Shown: positions 11,938 through 23,505 of the stretch, piece after piece
How positions within the stretch are numbered: position 1 is the first letter of the stretch
Layout of the letters: every line of letters starts with the position of its first letter
Origin: Rhina ancylostomus
Taxonomy: Eukaryota
NCBI GenBank assembly: GCA_030265395.1
Contig: JARFYF010000052.1
Span: forward strand, 116,704,649 to 116,768,648
Direction of reading: 5' to 3'
DNA length: 64,000 nucleotides
The notes under the pieces: generated by a model
Databases searched by the model: none
What the model was told of the DNA's origin: nothing
What the model saw: only the letters and a program-made list of their open reading frames with translations
Translations under genes and position numbers: made by a program

Positions 11938-14337
11938 ATGAGCCTGGCCAGGTGACTGACCTTTCAGTGGGAGAACAGTTAGGGAACAGTGATCACAACT
12001 CCTTATGTTTTAAGATAGCTAAAGATAAACATAAATATGGACCTTGCAGGAGAGTATTAAATTAGAACAGGGCAAATTACGAGAGAATTAGGCAGGAACT
12101 AGGGAGAGTTAATTGGGAACAGCAGCTTATGGGCAAATCCACATCTTACATGCAGAAGGTATTTAAAGACAAGCTGCACAGAGTACAGGACAAGTATGTT
12201 CCCATAAGGGGGAAGGACAAGGATAGCAAGGTCAGGGAACGTTCGATGACAAGACAGGTGGTGAATTTAGTCAAGAAGAAAAAGGAAGTAAGTGTAAGGT
12301 TTAGGAAGCTAAAATCAAACTGTGCACTTGAGGATTATAAAGAAGTCAGAAAAGAACTGAAGAAGGGAATTAGGAGAGCCAGGAGGAGCCATGAAAAATC
12401 CTTGGCAAGTAGGATTAAAGAGAATCCCAAGGCATTCCATACATGCATCAAGAGCAAGAGGATAACTAGGGAGCAGGTAGGACCATTCAAGGATAAAGGA
12501 GGGAACATGTGCTTGAAGGCAGAAGATGTGGGAGAGGTCCTAAATGAGTACTTTGCATCAGTATTCACCAAGGAGAAGGACGTGGAGGAAGGGGAGATCA
12601 GTGTGGAAGCGTGCTAATATGCTGGGGCATTTTGAGATAATGAAGGAGGTAGTGTTGGGTCTCTTAAAGAACATTAAGGTCGATAAGTCCCTAATGGGAT
12701 ATACCCCAGGTTATTGAGAGAGGCCAGAAATGAGATTGCTGGGGCATTGACCAAGATCTTCGTGTCCCCTCTAGCCACAGGCAATGTCCCAGAGGACTGG
12801 CGAGTAGCTAATGTTCCACTATTCAAGAAGGGAAATAGAGATAATCCTGGGAATTACAGACCGGGGAGTCTCACTTCAGTAATGGGGAAGTTACTGAAGA
12901 GGATTCTCAGGGGCAGGATTTATGAGCATTTGGAAAACCATGGCTTAATTAGGTACAGTCAGCGTGGCTTTTTGTGGGGGAAGTTGAGTCTTACTAACTT
13001 GATTATTTTGAGGAGTTGATGAAGGCTATTGATGAAGATAGAGCTGTAGATGTTGTCTACATGGATTGTAGTAAGGCGTTTGACAAGGTCCCTCATGGGA
13101 GGGTCATCCAGAAGATTAAGTTGCATGGGATCCACAGTGAATTGGCCATTTGGATTCAGAACTGGCTTGCCCATGAAAGACAGAGGGCAGTGGTCAATGG
13201 GACTTATTTTGGCTGGAGGTCTGTGACTAATTGTGTTCCACAGGGATCTGTACTGAGACATCTGCTGTTTATGATACAGATGAATGACCTGGATAAAAAT
13301 GCAGATGGGTAGGTTAGTAAGTTTGCAGACAATATGACAAATAGTGGTGTTGTGGATAGCACAGAAGACTGGCAAAGGATACAATGGGATACAAATCAGT
13401 TGCAGATATAGGTGGAGAAATGGCAGATGACATTCAACCCAGCCAAATGTGAGGTGTTGCACTTTGGGAGATCAAATGTAAAGGGACAAATGTGTCGTGG
13501 TTCTGAGTTCTGGCCCTCAATTTGGCTCCATTAATGCCTTGTTGTCNNNNNNNNNNNNNNNNNNNNNNNNNNNNNNNNNNNNNNNNNNNNNNNNNNNNNN
13601 NNNNNNNNNNNNNNNNNNNNNNNNNNNNNNNNNNNNNNNNNNNNNNAACAGTGTTGATGTGCAAAGGGATCTTGGGATCCAAGACCATAGCTCCCTGAAA
13701 GTGGCTACACAGGTTGATAGGGTGGTAAAGGCAGCGTATGGCATGCTTGCCTTTTAGTCGAAGAAATGAGTTCAAGAGTCAGGAAGTTACACTGCAGCTT
13801 TATAAAACTCTGGTTAGGCTGCATCTGGAGTATGGTATTCAATTCTGGTTGCCCCATTACAGGAAGAATGTGGCAGCTTTGGAGAGGATGCAGAAGAGGT
13901 TTACCAGGATGCTGCCTGGATTAAAAAGGGCATGTGCTATAAAGGAGAGGTTGGACAAACTTGGGTTGTTTTCTCTGGAGCAGCAGAGGCTGAGGGGAGA
14001 TCTGATGGAGGTCCATAAGATTCTGAGAGGCATAGATAGACAGCCCGTATCTTTTTCCCTGGGTTGAAATGTCTAATACCAGAGGGCATGCACTTAAGGT
14101 GAGAGGAGACAAGTTCAGAGGAGATGTGCGGGGCAAGTTTATTTTGTGGTGGAGACAAATACGATAGAGGTGTTCAAGAGGCTCTTAGATAAGCACATAA
14201 ATATGCAGGAATTGGAGGGATATGGACTTGAGTAGGCAGAAGGGATTAGTTTAGTTGGGCATTTGATTACTAATTTAATTAGTTTGACACAACATTGTGG
14301 GCTGAAGGACCTGTTCCTCTGCTGTACTGTTCTATGT
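11938..14337 (+). mobile_element. Younger CR1 LINE: endonuclease C-terminus, RT and 3' tail (about 2.4 kb visible, with stops and frameshifts)
   Basis: VGEQLGNSDHNSL (APE end), VLNEYFASVFT, VPEDWRVANVPLFKKG..PGNYRP, VDVVYMDCSKAFDKVPH, VPQGSVL, KFADN, LYKTLVRLHLEY; tail CTGTACTGTTCTATGT. Confidence 0.95.
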
Positions 14338-14825
14338 CACTCTCTTGTTTAAACTAGGGTTCAAGAATAAACCCAGTAACTTCAGGCTAATCAGTTGCAC
14401 ATCAGACGGAAAGCTTTTAGAAACATTGATCTGGGATACGATTAATAGTCAGCAAAATGGATTAAGGAAAGCCACCGTGGATTTCTGAAGGGCAAATGGT
14501 GTTTAACCAATTTGATGGAATGTTTTGATGAGGTATCCTGTACAGTTCATGATGTATTACAACTGATGTCATGTACATGGATTTCCATTACATGATAATG
14601 TGTCACATAACAGGATTATCAGCAAAGTTGAAATATATGGTGAAAAAAAGGAACACTAAAAGCATAGATATGAAGTTTGCTAAATAACTGGCAAGACAAT
14701 GTCATGATGAATAGCTGTGTTTTGGACTGGAGAAAAGTGAATAGGGATCAGCGTTAGGGCCACTGTTTCTATTGATCTATATTAACAACATTTACTTGGA
14801 GTTGCAAAGCACCATTTCTAGCCAC
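14334..14825 (+). mobile_element. Older CR1 ORF2, right half of the interrupted copy
   Basis: VTLLFKLGFKNKPSNFRLISCTS continues where 10880-11565 stopped; later GATGTCATGTACATGGATTTC (DVMYMDF). Confidence 0.8.
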
Positions 14826-15374
14826 AAACATGGACTCGGTGTGTTCATACTTCAGTGATGACCCCGAGCAACATTAAGTCTTCATAAACAGTTCAATCAA
14901 ATCAAATATAAATTTGATAGCAACAAATGCTTTCCTCATGTCAAAAATCTCTGTGTAAACGCACAAATTCAACAGATGTTAAATTTGAAATTTTCTTATT
15001 CCCTATACTGAAATAATCAGTTGCTCATTACCTTCAAGACAATAAAACCTCAAAACTTCTAAACTATCACCTGTCCCTTTGGATGGCCAACTGACCATGC
15101 TATTAACAATGGGAACCTGCAGTGCTTTTCTTTCATTTGCCTTGCATTCCAATGTGTCTACCACTAACTTACTTGCTGGTTTATCATATCCAGTGTTCGT
15201 GGACTGAAGATCATGACTTGACTTAATTATGTCCCACCCCATCTTTTCGGATGTTGTTTAATTCAGTAAACATGTGGTCCGTGTAGTCATCTCTCCATTC
15301 ATTTATGGAGCAAATGATACAAGTATGCTGTTAAAAATAATGCAGCTGAAAATAAATAGAGATAAGGCACTCAC

Positions 15375-15669
15375 CCTCATCAGTAGGATTGAACCCACAA
15401 ATGTCACAGATGCATCGGACCCACTTATTCATTTCTTCTTCAGTGTCTGCTACCAGGTAGAAGACACGGTCGATTGTTTTAATGTCAAAAATGTAACTGT
15501 TCTCAAGATCCTTCTTATTAAAGGACAGCCCAGCATCCACTTGCTCACAAAGATTCAAGTCAATGACACGGATCGGTTTCTTTGCATGATCATTTTTGTA
15601 ATATTCCAACACATCCGGATCTCCTGTCAAACGACCACTTCGAAGTACAAACCAGCGCTTCTTCCATGC
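15375..15669 (-). CDS. GAB1: GAB1 (GRB2-associated binding protein 1) internal coding exon 2, encoding most of the PH domain
   Basis: Translates to [98 protein letters not shown], nearly identical to the vertebrate GAB1 PH domain as I recall it ([20 protein letters not shown] and [14 protein letters not shown] favour GAB1 over GAB2/GAB3). Acceptor TTTTCAG|GCA at 15670/15669, donor GAG G|GTGAGT at 15375/15374; 295 nt, phase 0 to phase 1. Confidence 0.96.
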
Positions 15670-15700
15670 CTGAAAATAAGAGAAAAATTCTGTTAAAGTG
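15670..15700 (-). promoter_or_regulatory. 3' splice-site region of GAB1 intron 1 (branch-point-like TTTAAC, polypyrimidine tract, CAG)
   Basis: Minus strand reads CACTTTAACAGAATTTTTCTCTTATTTTCAG immediately before the exon. Confidence 0.85.
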
Positions 15701-16349
15701 TCAGCACCATTACAATTTTCTGAAGTAGAAGTAATGTATTCACTGCCCTGTAGTGCTTTAATGAAACCCAGACTGTTTAAACATGAAAACAAAAGCTAAG
15801 GTGGAGAAAACTGACTCTGTAGTAAATTTGCTTTGGTCATTCATCTCTCCTACTTGCAAGAATATTTACAACTGGCTTGTAGTTTTTTATGACTGCAATA
15901 AAATATAATTGCCACCCCACCCCAATGCACGGTCATGGGGGAAATAATTTTTTACTTCAGATGCAATAATAGAACCACTTGTTCCAAATTGTCCGCCTTC
16001 TGTTTGATTCACTTTTCCTTAAACAGACAATCGAGGGCTGACAAAAAGAATAGATGTAGAGTCAACTAGCAGTGCAAATGTCCACGTAGATTTCCAGCCA
16101 GAAACCCTTGGTTTGGAATCTGGAGTAGGTATTATGGCCAATGTTCCTTTCCCTGATTAATGTTACTGTCATCTATTGTTCAAACCCTCCTTGTATCAGT
16201 ATATTTGGGTCAAGATGGAGGGGGAAAAAAAACAAAAAGTTATATTTAGAGAGCAAACTTAGATGACACTCAATCGTGCAGAGTCAATGATTTACTTCTT
16301 TTTTCCAAAAAAAAAAGGTGGCACTGCTGTTTTCCAAAATATTGTGTCT

Positions 16350-16610
16350 AAATTATGCACTGCAAGGTCCAACAAATACAATGAGGTAAAAGAGTTTGCC
16401 TGTTTTGTTGGTGAAGGCGGAGGCATAAATGTTCACTCAATAGCCAGCAAACCCCCCCTATCCTGAATAATACCATGGGGTCCTTCACACTCCTCACATC
16501 GTGATATATGGTCCTCAGTTGAATATCCCACTTAATTAACACAAAATCTCTAAAAGCACAAGACCTCTTTGGTATCACACTAAGAAAGTGACAGCCAAGA
16601 TTAAGGACCC
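16350..16610 (-). mobile_element. Deu-domain SINE fragment
   Basis: TGCACTGCAAGGTCCAACAAA ... GAATAATACCATGGGGTCCTTCAC ... CCTCAGTTGAATATC, similar to 9100-9430. Confidence 0.5.
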
Positions 16611-17469
16611 ATTGCAAAGTGCATCTCAAACCCAACACCTTTTCAACCAAAGGAAAGAAGCTGGAGACTTCCCTAGTCATATATTGTTCTCATGTACCAC
16701 TGAGGTGNNNNNNNNNNNNNNNNNNNNNNNNNNNNNNNNNNNNNNNNNNNNNNNNNNNNNNNNNNNNNNNNNNNNNNNNNNNNNNNNNNNNNNNNNNNNN
16801 NNNNNNNNNNNNNNNNNNNNNNNNNNNNNNNNNNNNNNNNNNNNNNNNNNNNNNNNNNNNNNNNNNNNNNNNNNNNNNNNNNNNNNNNNNNNNNNNNNNN
16901 NNNNNNNNNNNNNNNNNNNNNNNNNNNNNNNNNNNNNNNNNNNNNNNNNNNNNNNNNNNNNNNNNNNNNNNNNNNNNNNNNNNNNNNNNNNNNNNNNNNN
17001 NNNNNNNNNNNNNNNNNNNNNNNNNNNNNNNNNNNNNNNNNNNNNNNNNNNNNNNNNNNNNNNNNNNNNNNNNNNNNNNNNNNNNNNNNNNNNNNNNNNN
17101 NNNNNNNNNNNNNNNNNNNNNNNNNNNNNNNNNNNNNNNNNNNNNNNNNNNNNNNNNNNNNNNNNNNNNNNNNNNNNNNNNNNNNNNNNNNNNNNNNNNN
17201 NNNNNNNNNNNNNNNNNACACCAAGAGGGAAAGTCAGTCTGTATTCCTGTTTTTGTCTAGCTGCATTTTCTGGGTACCATGTCCAAATGCAACAATGCAA
17301 GTGGGCCAGTAGCACTCAGCAGATGGGTTTTGTGTATGATAAACTTGCACAAGTTTCAGGGCAATGCCCAACCTTGTGTTTTCCCAACCATGAATGGATG
17401 CTTTCAGGTGGTGGGAAAGATGCTGGTTTAAAAAAATTACCCATGATCAATTTTATTCACAGGATAGGG

Positions 17470-17825
17470 ATTTTGCCAGCTGGGTCAACATTCACTGCTC
17501 ATCCCAAATTGTGCCCAAGTGGCTTACTAGAGGACCATTTCAGATGGCTGTTGAGAGTGAACTAATTTCATGGATCTGAAATCAGATAATGGCTGGATGA
17601 ATTTAGGACATCAAATTTCCTTCCCTCTAGGACATTAATGAAGCAGATTGCTTTTTGAGAAAATCATTATGTTGTCATGATTACTAACAAGAAAGTTTTT
17701 TTTTGCTCCAGTTTTAATTCATTGAATTGAAGTTCTCAGTTTCCTTGGCGAATTTACACTCATGTCTTGGATCACTTATCCCGGCCTCTGGATTATAGTC
17801 TAATAACTTTCCCACTATGCTACCA
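17470..17825. repeat. Degraded interspersed repeat (family unresolved)
   Basis: GGCTTACTAG..CCATTTCAGA..GTTGAGAGT ... ATTTCCTTCCCT..AGGACATTAATGAA resembles a common chondrichthyan repeat; based on recall only. Confidence 0.45.
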
Positions 17826-18269
17826 TAATATATCACAGAAAACGTCATGTTGTTTCAAAATTAATTTTGCACAGTAAAAGATAAAGCACAGATGCTTAAA
17901 AAAATTCTTTGAATCAACTATGATTGAAAGGTTCAGTGGGAATTTGATCTCAAAAGACCAGAACTTATGCATTGTGGCTATCCATTTCTTACTGCTTCGG
18001 TACATTGATTTCCTGTTAAGGATTTGTATGGACAATTTGGATGCAGTGACATTGTGTATTCAAGGCTACAGTAATCAAAGCTGAAGGAGTCAGAACACAA
18101 ATTTAATAGTTTTAATTACCAGAGATCAAGGCTATTGTAAGTTCAACTATTGTAAATTCAAGGCACTGGCCTATTCAGCATTGGCAACTCTTCTTTCTAC
18201 TCAGTTTGGTTCTCCACACCAAAGATCTACCATAATTAAAACAGCTGTGTTTAAATGATTGCCAATGCA

Positions 18270-19270
18270 TATAGAAAGGCAAAAATGAACATGCGTCCGC
18301 ATGACCATTAGACGTTCAAAGAACAGCAGCAGATGGCAAGAGCTACAAGTGGGTTGAAAGAAAAGCAACAAGGATTTCAAAATTAACAAAAAAAAATCAA
18401 TTCTGTTAAGAAAGGAAAGGATTGTCAAGAAGAATGTTGCTGACATGAAAGATAGTAATATTGTAAATATAAAGATATGTTGAATGATCGCTTTGAATCA
18501 GTAGTTACATTGGAGGAAGAGGACAGGACCCTGGACATCCCAAAGGAAACTAATATTAGATTTCAGACAAGAGCTTTCCAGAATTAACATGGGCAAAATA
18601 ACAATGAATAAAACAATACCATTAAAGAATGACAAATTCATAGGACTGGATGCTTCCATGCCAGAAAATTCTAAGACAACCACTTTAGGAACCATTGATC
18701 TAGATTAGAAAACTGTTTATCGCTGTTATTTAATTCAAGTGAGAGGATGAAATTAGAAACCATAAATCAAGTACCCTGATATCCATTGTCAGGAAATTAT
18801 TACTCCATAATGAAAGTTAAAGCCACTGAATATCTTGAAGCTGTTTCAGTTGATCAGTGGTAGCCAAGACGAATTTGCAAGGGGTAGGTAACATGCCTGG
18901 TGAACTGACCAAAGCAATAGGCAGGGAAACATATGATGCAATTTGTATGGGTGTCTAGAAGACATTTGATAATTTGACTATCAGCCAAATTTGAAGCTTA
19001 AAGAGTTAAAGACAAATTATTGCCCTGGTTATGATATCAGCTAAGCTGCAAGAGGTGGTCAGTAGGTACAATGGGAGATTATTTAGAATAATCAAATCTA
19101 TCAGCATGATTAGTGAAAAGCTAATGTAATAGAGGCCCAAAAATGTTTTGCGATGGGGTACATACTGCAATGAATTTTAGCGGGCAGGTAAATAATCAAT
19201 AAGCCTAATTAAGATTGCAGGTCAGCCAATTCATTATTCAATGGCAGAGGTTGCTCCAAGGACTAGATTC
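18270..19270 (+). mobile_element. Very old CR1 ORF2 fragments
   Basis: GACAAATTCATAGGACTGGATGCTTCCATGCCAGA (DKSPGxDG-like) and GATGCAATTTGTATGGGTGTCTAGAAGACATTTGAT (DxxYMDFxKAFD-like). Confidence 0.5.
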
Positions 19271-22200
19271 CTCTTGTTTTTAATAGAAAATTGCTTTCTC
19301 CGTGTGTTTTAGCCACATGCACTGATTTTAGTAGAAACAGATTAGGAAGCACTTAAATTCAGATACAAGTATTTCAGACACACTCACTTAATGTCTATCA
19401 TCATTCAGAAACCAAGTGAAGCATCCAACAATCAAAAATGATCCATTACTTTTATTTTACCATCAAATATACAAACTTTTAAGTACACAGCTTGAGCTGT
19501 GTGAAAGTGAATACTTAGATCATATGACAAGCAACACTACACAATGCTCATTTTTATTTATTCAGGAATGAAATTCACCACATGGATTGCCAATTAGTCA
19601 TCACGTATACAATGGTCAATGCAGTGACTAATCCTGCTGGAAAACAAGATATTCAATTACCTATTCTATAATACAAACTAACTTGCTGGGTAAAGTTCCA
19701 GGTTTGATTTCCATTTAGTGATAACCAGTGTCCCTACTGCTAATCTTTGTTGAGACAGTATTGTCACAATTCATCTCTGTAATATTAAACTAGAAAGAAT
19801 TAAAAATGAGTCAGGATTCCAACTTTTGGTTACTAAGTCTGAAACCACCCCCACGCCCCCCCCACCCACTCCGGAGAATCAGGCTGAGCTGCAGTGGACT
19901 CTGCAAACAAACAGCTTTCCAACATACACCGTCTAAATTTACAAACAGAATGGTGACCTGAAAGATAATGGAACTATCAAATTTTATGAATCCATATCCC
20001 AAGTATCTATCTTTGAAAGAGTGAAAAAGTGAGAAAGCAGGAAAACTGGAGAGTGGAAAGGCATAAACTTTGCCTTTTTATTGCAAAATTAAACAGATAA
20101 TCCAAGTGAAAATAGATTTGAACAAGTATCTTTTATTGAAGTCAATACTCAAATTTACAAATTGTAACTTTGTTCTGGGTTGACAGGTTTCTAAATGAAA
20201 AGCAGGTCTACAAATCTGAAATCAGGCATATGCATAAACAAAAGCCAAATTGCAACCCTACTGAACTCTGCCAACTACAGATTAGCTGACTAAGGGAGAA
20301 ATGGGGAAAAAAAAAGAGGAAAAGAAATTTAGTTGACTGATTGCTTTTCTATCTATCCAGAGATGAAAGTGCAATCTCTGCATTTTCACATCTACACATA
20401 CATACGGATGTAGTGTACACACCCTTTATTCTATGTTAATGTGTTGGAGCAGCTGTCACTATTACAGTTGCATTGACTCCATTTTAATCATTCACCCAGC
20501 TGTAGGCTCTGCAACAGGCATTTGCAAGCATGCATAGCTGCATGAGTAGCCAACCCTTTCCAAAAAATTTACAATTGATTTTTAAAAACTGTGATAGGAA
20601 AAAAGGTATGAGGTTATGAAACCTAAGGTTTCTTGTGTTACTGGGCCTGAAGAACAATTCTAAAACTATTCTCAAATCTCCATATGATCAACCCAGAATA
20701 CCCGATCTTGTAAGTGTACAGATATAGTACAATTCTTAACTAAGTTTAGGTTCAAGATTCTAGAATGGAATTTCAATAACACTCCACACAACTGGACTGA
20801 TGCTCAACCCTCAGTTCGGTATTTAATACACTGCGAATGCTTGATCGTTTGAAACTGCCAAGTTGCAAAGCTCACAAAGGGGTGAATGATGACATAAAGC
20901 CAGCGTAACTGCAGTCCTGGCAGCTGCTCCAGCGTATTAGGGTTCACATGAAGTGCAGCAGTTTGCCCATAACTGTGAAAATGCAGAGATAGCACTTGTG
21001 CAAGTCCATTAGCAATTATATTTTATTCTAATACTGTACAGAGGAGAATTCCTTTTCATACCATATTATATTTCTTCCCAATTAGCAAAGACTTGCTCTG
21101 AAAACATCCCAAATTATACAGCCTGAAAAGCTTAATGCTATAGGAACACCATTACAATGTATTGCATAAACGGCTATGCTTCACTTTGACTATAAAGTAG
21201 TTTCCTTACAAGCTCTTTGTTTTCTATGTTCTGTCTCAAGACTCCAATCTTCTAAAAATTGCACAAAATTTACATTTCGACAAATCAGAAAATTTGTTAA
21301 GGCAATATCAGGTCATTTGATATTGCATCCTGAATTATTCTGTGGAATACTAAAGAGTGTATTGTTAGCATTGTACATGATGAAAACTTTAACAGAAGGA
21401 AGACCAATCAATTTGATACTAAACATAANNNNNNNNNNNNNNNNNNNNNNNNNNNNNNNNNNNNNNNNNNNNNNNNNNNNNNNNNNNNNNNNNNNNNNNN
21501 NNNNNNNNNNNNNNNNNNNNNNNNNNNNTACTAAACATAAAAAGATTACTGGCATTATATTCTGTTGATGTAGAAATAAAGATTGATCAAAATCTGTACA
21601 AATCACACGTAATTTCACAACTAAATAAATACTCATTAACTCAGGTCTATCAATTACCAAGTTTAAAAACTTCAAGACCAGAGGTTTATAGGCAAGAATT
21701 AGCTGCATTTTTAAATGGTTAGCAAACATCTGTCTAACAGTGCTGATGAATAGAAAATACTGACAAACCAAATCTTCAATTAGCCACATATGGATTCTGA
21801 ATTAGCTACAGTAGGCAACATACTGATCAATAGTCAGAAATACAACTATTTTGGAGAGCTTTTCACTAGACATTCTCTTGTAACTACAGCAGATCTTAAA
21901 TGTAACAATAAACAGTGCACTGACTGGACAAAATGAACAATGAATAGTTGTCCAAAGGGAAGCAGCTGCATTATTCCTAGTGGAGACTGAAGGTAAAATG
22001 ATCAGTAAACAGGAATTGCTTCTCTTGCCTTCCTTGCATGGCAGTTCCATAATCTGACCTAGTCTGCTATCCCGTCAACGCCTGCAATTATAGAATGACC
22101 ACTCCACACTTCTTCCTGCTGGGCAAACAACTACAGGAGAATAAGATGAGTTTATTACCACAAGTCTTCTCACAGGAAGTTCCACATGCTGGAAAAACAT

Positions 22201-23159
22201 CCCTGCACCATATATCCCATCAACTCTTATAGTTATAGTCCACTGTGGCTTCAGCATATTAAATATACTTGTCACATTGCAATGAAGCATGATCTTATCT
22301 ATAAGGAAACAAGAAAAATATTTTTAAGGTTGTAACTGAATGTCAAACAGATTATGCTCACATCATTCTGGAAATTCGAGCTGTTGCTGTGTCCCAAAAA
22401 GGCTCCAAAAATATGATGTTTTTAAAAATTTCTTGCACTATATACAAAACATCACTCCAATGGTGGGTTAAATCATGCTTTGTTCCAAGATACAAATTCT
22501 ACTGCACAGATCAAAACTACCATTCAATTTCAGTGGGACCAGTGACATCCATTTCCGAGTAAACACATGTTGCACAATTAAACTACATTTTCCACCTGCT
22601 ATTAAAACTAATAATATGCAAATTTACATGAGCCAAATTGTGATTTTAATACAGCCAACCGGGTATTGTCTTCAGAATGTATAAAATATATCCCAACTAA
22701 ATGTCATGCATTTCCTGATTTAGAGGGAATAATTAGACAAAATGTGGATAAAACAATGTAAGTACCAGTTGAACACAAATATTGCTCATAAGCAAAAAAG
22801 AAAATCAAGTCTCTCTTCCTGTATGCTTCAAGTTTTCAAGTTTTTGTTTTGCCTTCCAGTCCAAGTCTGCTTGAATTGTACTTTGTAGTTCTATTTTTCA
22901 AGTGAACATACATGCCCTTACATAACACAGACACACATATAGACACACACACACTCACTCTATTTTTACTAACTTTCTTTGGTCTCCCATTCCAAGCAGT
23001 TTTCCTTCTAACATCTCCTTTAAGCCTCCAACTATTTTGATATGCAGCTTTCTGTTTGGATGTCACTCACTCAGAATACTATGGTCAAAAAAAATTGCAA
23101 ATATTAGAAATATGATACACTTTCTCCTAAAACAAAATCACTTCTGAAATGATTTAAGC

Positions 23160-23505
23160 CAGAGTCATTGAGTTATATGGCACAGAAACATGCCCTTCAG
23201 GCCAATTCGTCCATGCCAACCAAGGTGCCTAACTGAGCTAGTCCCATTTGCCTGTGTTTGGCCCTTATCCCTCTAAATCTTTCCTAACCATGTACCTAGC
23301 CAAATGCCTTTTAAATGTTGTTACAGTATCTATCTTTACCACTTCCTCTGGCCCTTGTTCTACATAACCACCACCATGTGAAAAACCTCGAGTCCACTTT
23401 AAATCTTTCCCCTAAACCTATACCCTTTAGTTTTAGACTCTTTAGTTTTACCTGGCCTATCCATAGCCCTTGTGATTTTATTAACCTCTACAAAAGTCAC
23501 CCCTC
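23160..23505 (-). mobile_element. CR1 3' end
   Basis: AGAGTCATTGAGTTATATGGCACAGAAACATGCCCTTCAGGCC tail; homologous to 4205-4700. Confidence 0.85.

Larger units (their letters stand above)
1..15374 (-). other. GAB1: GAB1 intron 2 (partial)
   Basis: Starts at the GTGAGT donor. No recognisable exon 3 found, although a divergent exon or one hidden in an N gap cannot be excluded. Confidence 0.6.

Noticed and set aside
12129-14067. CR1 ORF2 pieces as an active or domesticated reverse transcriptase
   Set aside because: Multiple stops and frameshifts, and the catalytic FADD reads FADN.
15274-15696. 140-aa plus-strand ORF
   Set aside because: Antisense shadow of the GAB1 exon with no recognisable homology.
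15331-15792. 153-aa ORF as a standalone gene
   Set aside because: It is GAB1 exon 2 plus intronic read-through; canonical splice sites delimit 15375-15669.
16588-17565. Long ORFs spanning N runs (also about 11445-12065, 28213-28836, 49209-49482)
   Set aside because: Their length is an artefact of translating N as X.
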